Source: Hemiscyllium ocellatum (Eukaryota). Taken from it: 64,000 nucleotides of DNA. The stretch lies in NCBI RefSeq assembly GCF_020745735.1, contig NC_083409.1:12771259-12835258 (forward strand), in the 5' to 3' direction. The notes under the pieces were generated by a model. That model saw only the letters and a list, made by a program, of their open reading frames with translations, was not told the DNA's origin and did not search any database. Within the stretch, counting starts at the first letter, position 1. Each line of letters opens with the position of its first letter. This document shows positions 25,601 to 38,734 of this stretch, piece by piece. Made by a program: the position numbers and the translations under genes.

Positions 25601-26500
25601 GGTAAAGTTCACCGATGATAAGTAGTTAGGTGGACAGGCAGGATGTTCTGAGGAGGTGGGGAGGCTACAGAAAGATTTAGACAGTTTTGGAGGATGATCC
25701 AGGAAATGGCTGATGAAATTCAACGTGAGCAAATGCGAGGCCTTGCACTTTGGAAAAAAGAATACAGGCATGGACTATTTTTTAAACGGTGAAAAAATTC
25801 ATAAAGCCAAAGTACAAAGGGATCTGAGAGTGCTAGACCAGGATTCTCTCAAAGTTGACTTATAGGTTGAGTCCGTGGTTAAGAAAGCAAATGTAATGTT
25901 GTCATTTATCTCAAGAGGATTGGAATATAAAAGCATTGATGTGCTTCTGAGACTTGATAAAGCTCTAGTTAGGCCCCATTTAGAAAGCTGTGTCCAATTT
26001 CGTGCCCCACACCTCAGGAAGGACATACTGGCACTAGTGTGTGTCCAGCAGAGACTCTCACGGATGATCCCTGGAATGGTAGGCCTAACATACGATGAAC
26101 GGCTGAGGAGCCTGGTATTGTATTCATTAGAGTTTAGAAGGTAGAAGGGAGATTTAATAGAAATATACAAGATAAAGCATGGCTTAGAAAGGGTGGAAGC
26201 TAGGAAGTTGTTCCCGTTAGGCAGGGAAACTAGGGCCCATGCGCACAGCCTTAGAATGAGAGGGCGTCAATTTAGAATGGAAATGCTGAAACATTTCTTC
26301 AACCAGAATTCATTGCCATGGAGCACAGTGGAGGCTGGGATGTTGGGTGTCTTCAAGGCAGCGATTGATAAATTCTTGATCCCACAAGGAATTAAGGGCT
26401 ATGGAGAGAGTGCGGGTAAGTGGAGTTGAAATGCCCATCAGCCCTGACTAAATGGCGGAGTGGACTCAATGGGCCGAATGGCCTTACTTCCACTCCACTG
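22690..26500 (+). mobile_element. Near full-length degenerate CR1 LINE (ORF1 zinc finger/coiled coil, APE, RT); ORF1 esterase segment deleted
   Basis: MCCSCMVWELADP...HICSKCWLLKEL...LESELQTL; APE motifs LYLNAHSI, VGITETW, ILDLVLCNEP, HLGSSDH; [13 protein letters not shown]; CR1 tail. Confidence 0.92.
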
Positions 26501-26539
26501 TCTTATGGTCTTCATTTTTAAACTTCTCTATCAAATCTC

Positions 26540-27260
26540 ATTTTTAAAGTTCTGTATCCAGTCACTAGTTTATACAGTTAATGGTCGGGCCCTGGGGTGT
26601 GTTGCTGAACAAAGAGACCTCGGGATGCAAGTGCACAGTTCCTTGAAAGTGGAGTTGCAGGTAGAAAGGGTGGTGAAGAAGGCATTTGGCATGCTTGCCT
26701 TCATTGGTCAGAACATTGACTGTCGTGGTTGAAGTGTTACTTTGCAGCTGTACAGAACATTAGTGAGGCCTCGTCTGGAATACTGCATACAGTTCTGATC
26801 ACCTTTCTGTAGGAAGGATGTTCAATCTGAGAGAGTGCAGAAAAGATTTACAAGGATGTTGCTGGGACTGAGTTGCAGGGAGAGGCTGAATAGGCTGAAA
26901 TATTTTTCCCATGGAGCATTGGAGGCTGAAGGGTTTTTGTAGAGGCTTATTAAATCATGAGGGGCATGGATAGGGTGAATAGCCAAGATTTTTTTCCCAG
27001 GGCAGGGAAGTTGTAAACTAGAGGGCATAGGTTTGAGGTGAGAGGGATAACTTTTCAGGCGCAGTGAGCTGCACACATGGAATGAGCTGCCCGAGTGGTG
27101 GAGAGGGGAATAATTACAACATGTACCTTTTAAAGGCATCGGGATGGGTACATGAATAGGAAGGGTTGAGAAGGATTTGGGCCAAATGCTGGCAAACTGG
27201 GACTAGGTCACATTGGGATATCTGGTTGGTGCGGATGACCTGGGTCTGTTGTATACCTGA
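26540..27260 (+). mobile_element. CR1 LINE 3' fragment
   Basis: AEQRDLGMQVHSSLKVELQVERVVKKAFGMLAFI. The counterpart lies at about 43420-44170. Confidence 0.85.
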
Positions 27261-27786
27261 CTCTATGACCCCATGAATTTTGATGTCAATGCTGAATCAA
27301 CCTTTTGAGATAAAATATTTCATGGTCAGAGCTATCTGGAATTTAATGTCTTTTTTTAAAAAAATGCATTTGTAATGAAGTCGATCTGTTTACTCTGTGT
27401 GAAAAAGAAAGAGAATGGATCATTATTTTTAAAGAGGAAATGATGGCTAAAGGTTGCTTTGACATCAAACTTGTACACTTGCTGCTGCAGAATATTATAT
27501 GTTCATTCAGAATATAATCTGTTCTGTTGGGTGAGTTTTTGAGATGTGCCTTAAAGCAGTTTAGTGGGTGAGAGATTTCTATGAAGTATTGAGTATTGTT
27601 GGAATAGAGAACTGCCACATATACTGTGATCCGACCCCCATGCTGTAAGTTTTCAAACAATTAAATCACTGCCGATTCATATTCAATCCCCTTTTGTATG
27701 TGAAATGTGATCTTTGTTGTGCTTCCCACTTCCCTATCTCTATCTACTGAGGATCTGAACCCTGAATGCAGACTGAGGTAACCAGT

Positions 27787-29061
27787 TGTTGTCAGGAACA
27801 ACCACTTCACACATGCTCTTACTAACTAAAATGGGAACAAAATGGCTTCTTAATGCAAATAATGTGACAAAATGGCTTCTAGGCTGCAAATTGACAATTC
27901 TGCTAAAAGCTGCATAAAATAGCTTTTAACGCTATTAGAGCTGCATAATTGACTATCACAGTCTGCCTCAACAGAGCTGAGCAGGCAATGCTTCCTTTAC
28001 AGCGTAGAAATAACTAGACTAGATGAGACATTACTGGCCAATCTAACTGACCTTCAAGTGCTGGTGCAAAGATTCCGTTAGTGAGATAAGAGGGGCTTAA
28101 GTGTTGGAAAATAAAATTGGTTCCCAGGAAATATCATTGGACCAAGTTGCTGTCAGTTAAGATTATTTCGTAACTTGATTGGTAATTGTCTGAATGTACT
28201 ACACGATAATGGCCTGTACCTTTCTTTAAGAAAAGTATAAATATATCTTTGTTTTAAGCCATGCGTGCAGCTCCTCTGAGGAACACGGAAGTGTATAACC
28301 TCTGAGTTTCTGGGCGATCTGTGCCCGGCCGTATGAAAAATAAAGAATGAAGTGTTAAAGAACCAGACAGAATGTGAGTGCTTATTGACCGATCACGGAA
28401 CAGAACCTCCCCCGCCCCAGTCCACTGGGGTCCAAATCCCATCTGGTGCTATGACTCGGACTCGTTACGGACAGATTATGGGAAGTGGTGTAAGTGCCTT
28501 GAGTCCTCCGCTATTGAGTGTAGAGGGATCGGCCAGCCAGGCGTGAGTATTTTGTCCGTTTGGTTTCCCTCTCATTCATTAGTGGTTCACTTGACCCCTC
28601 GTTACTTACCAGGGATCGGCCTTGGTAAGAATTAATTCAGAAAAGATTAAAGAGGAGGTGGGGACACCCACGAACAGGTCGGGGACCTGTGGATCCAAAA
28701 TATAGTCCAGGACACACTTTTTTTAAAAAAAGAGAGGAGTCGGGACTCCGATTCGGTCGGATTGGTGTTGTCTAAATTAACTCTGAAATTGTTCTGTGAA
28801 AGACAAAGCAAAGAAGTATCACGATATAACAAAACTGTCGGGTTTTATAATGTCGAGAATGTTTTGCAGAAATCGTTAGTCTTGTTGTTCAATGTTGGGT
28901 TGTTGATTAGTGAAAGTTTCTAAACTATCTGAAGCATGGCTGCATTAATTCGTTGCTACCAAAGAATGCAAAGAATTCTGCCTGTGATTGGGAGATCCCA
29001 AATGCTGTGTGCCAGCCCTGACAGGGTTGATTGGGACCAGGATACCCACTGGGGGTGTAAC
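27787..29061 (+). mobile_element. Endogenous retrovirus 5' end: LTR (about 27787-28441), tRNA-His-type PBS (28444-28461), leader; truncated
   Basis: TG start (27787; could begin at 27748), TATA-like gtataaat at 28235, AATAAA at 28339-28344, end ...tccca at 28441. It is followed by tggtgctatgactcggac (15/18 to the recalled PBS-His tggtgccgtgactcggat) and a donor-like gtgagt at 28543. Confidence 0.72.
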
Positions 29062-29099
29062 CTACCTCAGAGGCTCACCCAGCGATCTGATCAAAATCG

Positions 29100-30766
29100 C
29101 CAGTGACAAAAATCTCACTGAGGCCCATGTGCTCTCCTGTCCTGAGCATTTCAGCAGGAGGGAATGAATGAAGGGGAGAAGCTTTCTCGAAGTGTTTCAC
29201 CAAGTATCAGTGTGGATGATGAAATCAGTGAGCAGCTAGGTGAGAAATACTCTCCCAGCTGTGGTAGCGTACATTCAGAACAACTTGTAGACTTGAAATC
29301 ACCAACTGAGAAGAGCAAAGTGTTGCCAGCAATGAGGAACAGACTCCCACGCCATCACACTGTCTCTGTCCGTGTCACACTCAAACAGCCATGTTCCTGA
29401 AACCGATGAGCTGCCTGAATTCCAAATTGGTGCAAGAATTTTAGTTAGTAGCATCCAACTAGGGACACTTCGCTTCAAGGGCAGAACTAGCTTTCCCAAT
29501 GGCTTTTGGGCTAGTGCAGGATAAGCCAGAAGGCAGTAATAATGGGACATGTGATGGAGGTTGAGCCAGAGCTTTCAAAGGAATTAGCAGAACTGCAGGC
29601 GGAAGAGTTTGGTCGAAGTAATACTCCTGGAGGGCAAGTAGACTTTAAGCTCTGTTCATTTAAAAACAATTTGAATGATCAAAATGTAAGTAATCAGTTT
29701 TCTGAACCAAGTAAGTCTGACTTGCTGCACATTATTAATGAATCTAGCAAGGCGGTGGTAACTTTTGGAGATGACCAAAATTGAAAAGAGAGCTTGTCCA
29801 AGTCTGGTGAGGAGGAACGATTGGCAAACTTGAGTGAAGACCAGAATGTAGAAAACATGAACTGGAATGATGTGTTCATAGAGAAGGCATCCAAGGCAGT
29901 ACAGGAGACAGAAACCAAAATCAATACCAATGTGTCTGTGTGTTCTTCCAGTGCACAATGGGAGACGTTTTCACTAAATATCCATGAGATCTCTTCATCT
30001 CCTCTGTTGGATTTACTGAACAGGGAAAAGGACCAACTTGAGGCTCAATTTAAAGTACCATTCCTCGAGCCTGAATCTGAGGAAATCCATGAGGAGCCAC
30101 GTGGACATTAAAAGAGAGGAACCAAAGGGCGATTGTGAGGATAGTGAAGACTTTAACGGAGATGATCTGAAGAGCAGTGACTCAAAGGCCAATTCTTTGG
30201 TTGATATGATACAGGTAGACAATCCTTTAACCTGAATCCCGAAATCCGAAAAGCTCAAGTCCGAAGTTGTTTTTGTGAAGTTATTCCTCATTAACATGGC
30301 TGTTTGACGCATCACTCTGATGTGATGTAGTGGGGGATGGGGGGAGCTGCACTGGCAAACCGCAACTCTGTTTCATCGCCCCATTTTACAGAGTGTGTGC
30401 TCCTCCGGTATGATTTTTAATCATTTCACCATCAAACTGTCACTTATTCTGAAATTTGAAGAGTTCTGAATTCCGAGAACCAGCTGGTTCCGAGCATTTC
30501 AGAGAAAGGATTGTGTACCTGAGCTATCTCCCTTTGTCAAGGCCACTGTTGGACAATTACATGACATCACAAAGTCTCGAACTGAGAAGATCCAACTTAC
30601 TAATCAAGGATTACAGTTCAAATTGGATGTTGAATCCTGACCCAGGTCATCTTCCAAGAATTGAGAGGAGGAACACAAGACTGTTATCCAATTGGAGACA
30701 TCTGAAAGAGATGACAGTGATGATGATAAGGAGGAAGTATTATCTCCAGATCTTTGTCCTCGACCT
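29100..30766 (+). pseudogene. CEP350: CEP350 large pseudo-exon(s) G/H with truncated CAP-Gly domain
   Basis: DDEISEQLGEK...VHSEQLVDLKSPTE; ETDELPEFQIGARILVSSIQLGTLRFKGRTSFPNGFWA...DKPEGSNNGTCDG (first half of CAP-Gly); PLLDLLNREKDQLEAQFK; FVKATVGQLHDITKSRTEKIQLTNQ; EEVLSPDLCPRP|gcaagt. Many frameshifts and stops. Confidence 0.92.
30212..30521. mobile_element. 310-bp MITE / non-autonomous Tc1-mariner-type DNA transposon inserted in the CEP350 exon
   Basis: Terminal inverted repeats caggtagacaatccttt and aaaggattgtgtacctg (16/17 match). TA precedes the left end; no TA after the right end. Confidence 0.75.
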
Positions 30767-32124
30767 GCAAGTATTAATTTTGAACCTGTTTTGGGATGGA
30801 TTTTAATTTCAAGAATTGGAGATATGTTATTGGTCTCGAAGCATTGATGCAATTGTTTTATTAATAATTCCAGAGCTGCTTAAATTCCCATGTTTTAACA
30901 TACTGACAGGATTGTCATTGTTTCTGTCACAATATGTCAAAATACAACTCCACTTTTTTCAGGCACATTTTGCAGGTCATCATTTTCGGAAATTACCCTG
31001 AGTGTTCCCCTTTACTGAGGACACTTTACAAAAAGACTGTTGAATTGTTAAATATATTTGTGGGTGATAAAATCCAGCTTTGGGCAATATTAATAAAATT
31101 TCTGGTGTCTCGGTGTTTTCTACCTTGCCCATCAATTCTCAAAATATGTGTAAGTATGCTTAATTATTTCTCAAGATTTAGTGACCATTTCCACTGTGTA
31201 ATTATTGAGTTTAGAACTGAAGGATTGCTTTTGAAATCCAAAACTTTTACTCTTGCACTTTTCTGTCGTTCCGAAAAGGGAGGAAGTGTTTTTAAAGATG
31301 TTCTTTTAAACTAAGTTTTTGATGATGCTTTTCAATCTCTTGCTAAATCAGTTCACACACACTTTATCCAGCGTCGTGTTCTGAAGCAAAGTCCCGAGCC
31401 TGAATGACCATCTGATTAGAAGAACAGAAGTGTTTATGGTTTGCACGTATTAACATTGATTGGACAAGCAGCTCTTTTGATGAAAATGCTTGACAAGTTC
31501 TCATACTGTCCATTCCTTTCTGAGCATTCAATGTAGGAAGTCATTGAAATAGGTGCTTGAGTCAGTTTGATTTGACACAGCAACATCCTGACTAAACTGA
31601 CACATGCTTTTCTGATTTGTCAATATTTGTGTTTCCCTATAAAGTGCAGGAATAAAAAGGGGTGCAGCAGTCAACTGAAAGTGATCTGATTTTGGAAAGC
31701 TGAAGCTCAGAACATTCAGTCTGAAATCGTTCATTCCCCTAAGTACACGACAGTTAGTAGATGAAGAGATTCTCCATACTCCAGGAAAGATTTGAACAGT
31801 CTGTATCAATTTCCTAAAATGGACATTATTTTCTCCATGGTAACTCGTAACTAGCCATATTTCTTGTGATTGCATTGTTTGAAGAATATTCACGGATTTC
31901 ATCACAATGTATCTGACCCGAAACTGTTCAAAAGCTGTATTCTCCCCATCCTCCACACTCCATGATAGTCAGCAGTGGGATCTCTCCCTTTGTGAGCCTC
32001 GTGAAGTATTGCTCAGTGTGTTGTGTTTTTGTTTGTTTGTCTCCCCGTTTTCATGCTTTGATTTCAGTTTTGTTCCTGACCTTCAGTTTCTAGATTGACC
32101 AACAGTCTGTGTACTTTGCAACAG

Positions 32125-32506
32125 GGCAGCCCAGTGTTTGGCACAAGTGGGCAGGAAGAATTGGCCAAATGCCTGGCAGAGTTGGAATTGAGTCACGAGG
32201 CACTCGATGACCTGGTAGATGACCAAGATTGGTTTGATGAGGACTTTGGGCTGAGCTGTAGCTAAGTGCAGCAGCCAGTGCAGGAGGCCCAGTCTCCACA
32301 GGATGGGCCTCTGAAAATCCAAGGGGAACCTGACTTTGCTGCAGCTCCTGATGCTTTAGAGGTTGAGAAGATGGTTCATGCAGTGGCTGAGGAAGTTGAA
32401 GGAACTTGGCCACGATCCAGGAAATCTACGAATACCCCCAGACTATCTTGAGAATAAGAAATGGAAAGATGTAGACAGTGTGAGCAAAAGAGTTTTTTTG
32501 TGAGGT
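32125..32506 (+). pseudogene. CEP350: CEP350 pseudo-exon I, copy 2
   Basis: GSPVFGTSGQEELAKCLAELELS...DDQDWFDEDFGLSCS* versus recalled ESPVFGASGQEELAKRLAELELS...DDQDWFDEDFGLSSS. One stop and a later frameshift. Confidence 0.93.
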
Positions 32507-34330
32507 GAGCTTCAGCTTTTGCGTTTGAACACAAAATTATTTTTTCTCAATTAAACAAGAAAGGTGTGAGTTAATAGTGCTCCACAGCAGCTCTGATTAA
32601 TGATATGTATAACAGAGCATGTTAAAAACATTATCTCGATCCTGATGACTGCATTGAATTCAATTTACCATTTTGCCCCTTCCATAAAAGTCCAAGGCCC
32701 CCTTTCTCCTCCACTGTTTGTACTCTCCCATTATTAATTTATCATCATCAACCTCCTCCTCATCCTGTTATTCACTAAATCCCATCTGTCACAACTTTGC
32801 CGACTCTGAGAATCTATAGTTTCTGTTTCTATTTACATAATATCTAGTGTCTCTTCCAGTCACTCATTTTTTTGAATTCTTCTGTATCATCTGTCTTTCC
32901 ATTGGTTGATAATACAACATATAATTATTAATCATCTTCTTAAAACTCTCCAGAATCTTATCTTCCACAGGTCACTCCATAATTTTCAGATGAAGAAAGC
33001 CTTAAAGGTTGCACTTTTCTGTCCGAACTTGTAATGAGGTTCCCAAAATTGACCAAAATATTCTAAGATCTTATGCAACTTAATGTCTTGAATCGTTTGT
33101 GTGCAGTTGGATGTGTCAGGTTTTTTTTAATGGCCGTATCTATCACTTTAAATGGCCTGTATGTTTGAATACTTTGTGGCCTTTTTCTCTGATCTGATTA
33201 GGATCTTACCATTTCAGGTGTAATCCCTTTTCTTATCCACTCAATGTATTACTTCATCTCACTCTCAACTTCAATTCCATCTTCCGGAAAATGTTCTTCT
33301 GTATCTGTCACTGCAGTACAGTTCCATCTCTGTCCCTTCAACCCAAGTCGGAATCATTTAGTTTCCTTCTCTTAAATTCCCAAGTCAAGCTTGTGTTTAT
33401 TACTATAACAATTAAGGGCAATCTGAGCATGGGCTCCTGTGGACCCCTTCCATTCTCCACACCTTTCTCATGTGAAATCTTTATTTTACCCCGAACCTTG
33501 CATTTTCCCAACCACCTCTATCCATTTGACTGTGCTCCCCTTCATTTGAGGTGCTTTTGAGTTTTGCCATTGGTCTTCTCAGAGGTAACTTCTTGAAATA
33601 ATTTCTGAAAATCCATGTAAAACATGAACACTTTTTTTCGTTCTAATCTGCTCTTTTATTAATACATCCTTGTCAAGTTATTTGATCGTTCACAACCTGT
33701 TAATTAGAAATTCATGCCAATTGTTCCTGACTAGCTACTGTCTCTTGAAGTGCTCATATTTATCTCTATATTTTTAACTCTTAATTTACCAACAACTGAA
33801 GCAAAACTAACTGACTGAGAAATTCCTGTTTTTCTTATTTTGATCGAGAAGTTAGCTGCCCGAAAATCCTCTGGTCAAGTTTTAGGAGCTAATAATTGGA
33901 GCCATGATAGTTGCTTTCTATTTCCAGCATGTCGCACAGAAGTCATTCATTTTTCAAAGATTTGCCTCATTTTATGTTGTGGTGCCTTCCTTAGTTTTAT
34001 ATTAGTAAGCTTGTCTAATACATCTGCACCTACCCTTGGTCGTTCTGCAATCCTATTAAACTGCTGCGCTTTTCCAGCAACACATTTTCAGCTCTGATCT
34101 CCAGCATCTGCAGTCCTCACTTTCTCCTAATCCTACTAAACCCCTTCTCTCCTGCAATCAATGATATTCTAAATTTATCCTTGATTCAGATCGTGGAGCA
34201 AACAGTTGCTATTTTCTAGATTTTGAGCAGTATTCCTTCTTGTTTTCCGTGTAGCGATCTAACGAGCTTTTTTGGCGGGGAGGGCGTATCTAATATAATT
34301 TTTTCTCTGTTAACCTTTTACTTCTTCCAG

Positions 34331-34468
34331 CTTGTATTTAACGTGACGAGAGAAATTCTCACTGAGATGTTTTCTGAAGACCCCAGTGCCAGCCAAGCCC
34401 CATGGATGAAGTCAAGCCGAATTAGCTCTGCTTTCTTCAAACGAGCGCGTAATTTAAATGAAGTGAAG
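34331..34468 (+). pseudogene. CEP350: CEP350 pseudo-exon J, copy 2 (138 nt, open)
   Basis: LVFNVTREILTEMFSEDPSASQAPWMKSSRISSAFFKRARNLNEVK; AG/GT flanks. Confidence 0.9.
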
Positions 34469-37400
34469 GTAATAATTCCATGTTATTCTTTTGCAACATT
34501 ATTACTGACAAGTAGGACAAATGCACTGCTGGTTGAAGTCTCGGATGCTGCCTGACCTGCTGTGCTTTTCCAGCACTGCTCTAATCTAGACTCTGGTTTC
34601 CACCATGTGCAGTCCTTGTTTGTACCTGGATCTAAAATATGTAGATTGTGTAAATGAGTGACTCAATTTGTAAACAGTGGCCACTATCCTGACTTGGAAT
34701 TCTGCCACTGCTTCTTGCAACTCCTTCCCTAATGAGATTGTGGGTCTAGGTTAGCACCATCTTGTCAAGATGAGAGTGGTGCTGGTGTAGCACAGCAGGT
34801 CAGGCAGCATCTAAAGAGCAGGAAAAATCAACATTTCGGGCAAAAACCTTTCATCCTCAGATGCTGCCTGACCTGCTGTGCAATGCCAGCACCACGCTAA
34901 TCTTGACTCTGATCTCCAGCAACTGCAGTACCCACTTCCGTCTACCATCTTCTCGAGGGCAACTAGGAAGGGGCAATAAATGCTAGCCCACATTTATATC
35001 AAAGCCCACATTCCATGAATGAACAAATAAAAATTACTCAAAAGCTCATTGAGCACCAAGGAACTCCATTTTAATTCTAAACTCCTCAATGAACATTTTT
35101 TAAATGCCTCCTAGGGTCTGGGCATCGCCGGCTGGCCAGCATTTATTGACCGATTCTTGTTGATTTTGAGAACCTGGTGAGCTATCTTTTGTAACTACTG
35201 CAGTCCATGTGCTGTAGGTAGACCCACAATGCCCTAAGGGGAGGAATTCCAGGGATTTGATACAGCAATCCTGAAGAACCAGTGATATTTTTCTAAATCA
35301 GAATGGTGCATGGCTTGGAGGGGCTTTTGTAAGTGACAGTCCTGTGTACCTGCTGTTCTGGTCCTTCTTGATCTAAATGGTCATAGATTTGGGAGGATCT
35401 GGCTAAAGATCTTTGAATTTATGCAATGCATCTTGTAGATTGTATACACTGCTGCTACTGAGTGGAGGGTGATGGAGGGCCTGGCTGCTTGCGGATGTGG
35501 TGCCAATCAAGTGGGCGGCTTTGTCTTGGATGTGGTGAGCTTTTTGTGTGTTACTGGAGCTGCACTCCTCCAGGCAAGTGGGGCGTATTCCATCAGACTC
35601 CTGACTTGTGCTTTGTACTTGATGGATTTGCTATGGGGAATCAGGAGGTCAGTTATACACCACAGTATTCCAAGCCTCTGACCTGCCCTTGTAGCCTACA
35701 GTGTTTATATGATGAGTCCAGATGAGTTTCTGGTCCATGGTAACCCTCATGATGTTCATAGTGAAGGATTCAGTGATGGTAATACCATTGAATGACAAGG
35801 GCCGTTGGTTCAATATCCTGAGAGTTACAGAGTTGTACAACTCAGAAACAGACCCTTTGGTTCAACTTGTCCATACTGACCAGTTATCCGAGATAAAATC
35901 TAGTACCCCTCGCTAGCATTTGGCCCTTTTTCCTCTGAAACCCTTTCTATTCATATACTCATCTGGATACCTTTTAAGTATCTTTATACAGTCGCCCCTC
36001 AGCCTCCAATGCTGCATGGAAAATAGCCCCAACCAATTCATCCTCTTTGTATAGCAGAAACCTCCCCAACCCTGGCAACATCCTTGTATAACCCTTTCAA
36101 GATTCACAAAATCCCTCCGAGAGCAGGGAGTCCAGAATTGCACACGGTATTCTAAAAGAGGCCGAATCAGGGTCATGTACAGCCGCGACATGATTTTTCA
36201 ATTTCTAAACTCAATGCTCTGACCAATAAAGTCAAGCATAACAAACACCGCCTTCACTATCCTGTCTACTTGTGATTCCACTTTCAAGGAACTATGAACA
36301 TACACTCCAAGGTCTCTTTATTCAGCAACACTCCCCAGGACTTTACCATTGAGTAGATACGTTTTGCCCCGATTTGCCTTTACAAGATGTAGCACTGTCC
36401 ACTACACCTCTATTTTAGTGTCATCTGCAAATTTACTAACCATACCATGTTCCATGTTCACATCCAGATCATTTATATAAATGACAAAAAGCAGTGAACC
36501 CAGCACCGATCCTTGTGGCTCACCACTGGTCACAGGCCTCCTACTGGAGATGGTCATTGACTGGCAGTTTTGGTGCAAAACTTACTTGCCTCTTGCCAGT
36601 CCAACCTGCGTATTGTCCCGATCTTGTTGCCTTTGAACATAACCCCTCAGATACGGAGTCTGTGAATGTTACTGAATATTGTGCAACCATCCACACTTCT
36701 GACCTTATGATGGAAGGAAGGTCAGGAACTGAAGAATCCCATTTTACTCTGGTCTCTCCGATGATCCTCGAAGAACCTCATTTTACTCCCAACTGGAGAG
36801 ACACAGTAATAGCTCTGAGTGTTAACCATGGCTCAGTGGCACTCTTCCTCAGTCAGCAGAGGGGAGTAAGCAAATACTAAAATGAAATCCTGGATGACAG
36901 TACTGGTGCAGTACTGGAATATGGTTTTCAAAGTGAGGCCCTACTTTCCCCCTTGGGTGAGTTTTTTTAAGCGTTTTGGTGTGACATTGAAGAGGAGTGG
37001 AGTTCTCCCTCATGGTCCTGGTCAATCTACTACATGAGTCAGTATGGCTCAAAGTTTACTGAACCATTTCCCTAATTTGTGGGAACATGCTGTGTGAAAG
37101 TTTGTGGCAGCTTTTGACGATATTATAATAGTGAATATACTTCAAAGGCTGAGAACAAGATGCTACAAGTGTGAAATGTGATGTATATTTGCAAGTTGTT
37201 TTTTGGCAATTTGAGGTTAAGGTGGATGACTTGAGCTTTGGTTACAAAGTATTGTCCAACACGAAGACCAAGTTCTTTACTATTGCAACAATACAACTTC
37301 TATTTTACTGTGGCACTGACATTGAAGTGTACACTGGATGTCTCCTCCCAGTAACTCAGACTTGCAACACTGCAATGTGAACTTTTTACCACAGTCTAAA

Positions 37401-38246
37401 GTCAACATCAAGCTGCTCATTGTCTAGCCTGACTTCACTTTGTGCACAGTTTGTGAAGTGTTGCACTTTGCCAGGGACTGAGAATGGGCATGTGTAAATC
37501 AGCTTTTCATTCACAGAGCAAATTTGGGACTGTTCATTCCCTTTGTTTTGTCTTTTTAACTCGACTGTAATGTGTCTTCAGTCTGAACTGTACTATTTCC
37601 CACACCAACGTTTCCAGGCGTGTTACTTGCCTTTGACAAATCTTCCTGTCTGGAGCCACGTGAGGCAGTGGTCAGTGGTTAGATCATATAGTTTTGATGA
37701 ACTCATCTGTTAAACTGAGTGTGATTTGACCTTCCTGAAATGCTGGGTCCACTACATGAATCCACGTCAGCCCCAATATTTATTGTGAGACTTCCCATTG
37801 CACTGATCTTGAGTTGTCTGCCTACAGTCTGTGAAAGGCAGAACATTTTTGGAATTCGACAGAGCAGAGGCTTCTTAGAAGGTGCTGTTGGCAAAGTGCT
37901 GAACCATGTAATGCAGTGAATCGTTAAATGAAATAATTAATCATTTCTCAGCCAAGGTCTTAGGCAAGAGAAAGTGTCAAACCTTCTCACAATGTGGGAG
38001 TGTTGCACGCTCCCTTCAGGTTGTTTTGTATATGCTTTCGGATCTCACTGATGTTATTCACTTCAATTATCATTAAGTTTTCAAGCATTTAGCAGATTTT
38101 TGTTAAATAGAACATGCTTTGAGTTTCATCCAATTTTGCATCTTCATTGAGCAGTTTTAGAGTAGGATAATGGCTTGTGAATTGTTTTGTCTGTGTATTT
38201 AGGGTGTTTGTAACAGCTGCCATTTCTCCTGTGCTGATATCCCCAG

Positions 38247-38369
38247 ATCTTTATTTCTAATGAAGTTATAATGTTGTTTGGATTTAACCAAGAGCAATAG
38301 CAGAAGACAGCTTGGCAGAAGATGAAGAAATTTGGCAGGAGAAAACGTGATTGAATGACCCGCATTTTG
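38247..38369 (+). pseudogene. CEP350: CEP350 pseudo-exon K, copy 2 (two stops)
   Basis: IFISNEVIMLFGFNQEQ*QKTAWQKMKKFGRRKRD*MTRIL|gtaagt. Confidence 0.9.
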
Positions 38370-38734
38370 GTAAGTGCTTCAGTTTTGGAATTGTTCAGTT
38401 TTACATTGTAGCATTACGTCACGATTATGAACACTGCATCCTACATCTGAATTTTCTATTATTTCAAATGACAAATGCTTTATCTGTTTTTGGCTTACCT
38501 GCCTGGCTCTCCAGTACACATCCAGAAAATGCTTCAACTTTCTGATTGAATTGAAAACTTGGGTCCTCACTGGAATAATTTGCTGAAAACCAAATCCTAC
38601 TATTCCTTAGTGGCCAGAAACGTTTAAAAAATATTCAGAAGTACATTGAATTCAGTGCAGTTGGCAAAGTAGGGTCATGTGTAGTTCTTTAATTCCCAAT
38701 GTTTAATTTCACTTTCTGTCCATGTTTCCTTCAG

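Noticed and set aside
30841-31970. Minus-strand ORFs (31528-31956; 15320-15753 in unit 1) as a nested gene
   Set aside because: They lie in the CEP350 H-I intron, have many stops in every frame and no recognisable domain; their recurrence is explained by the duplication.
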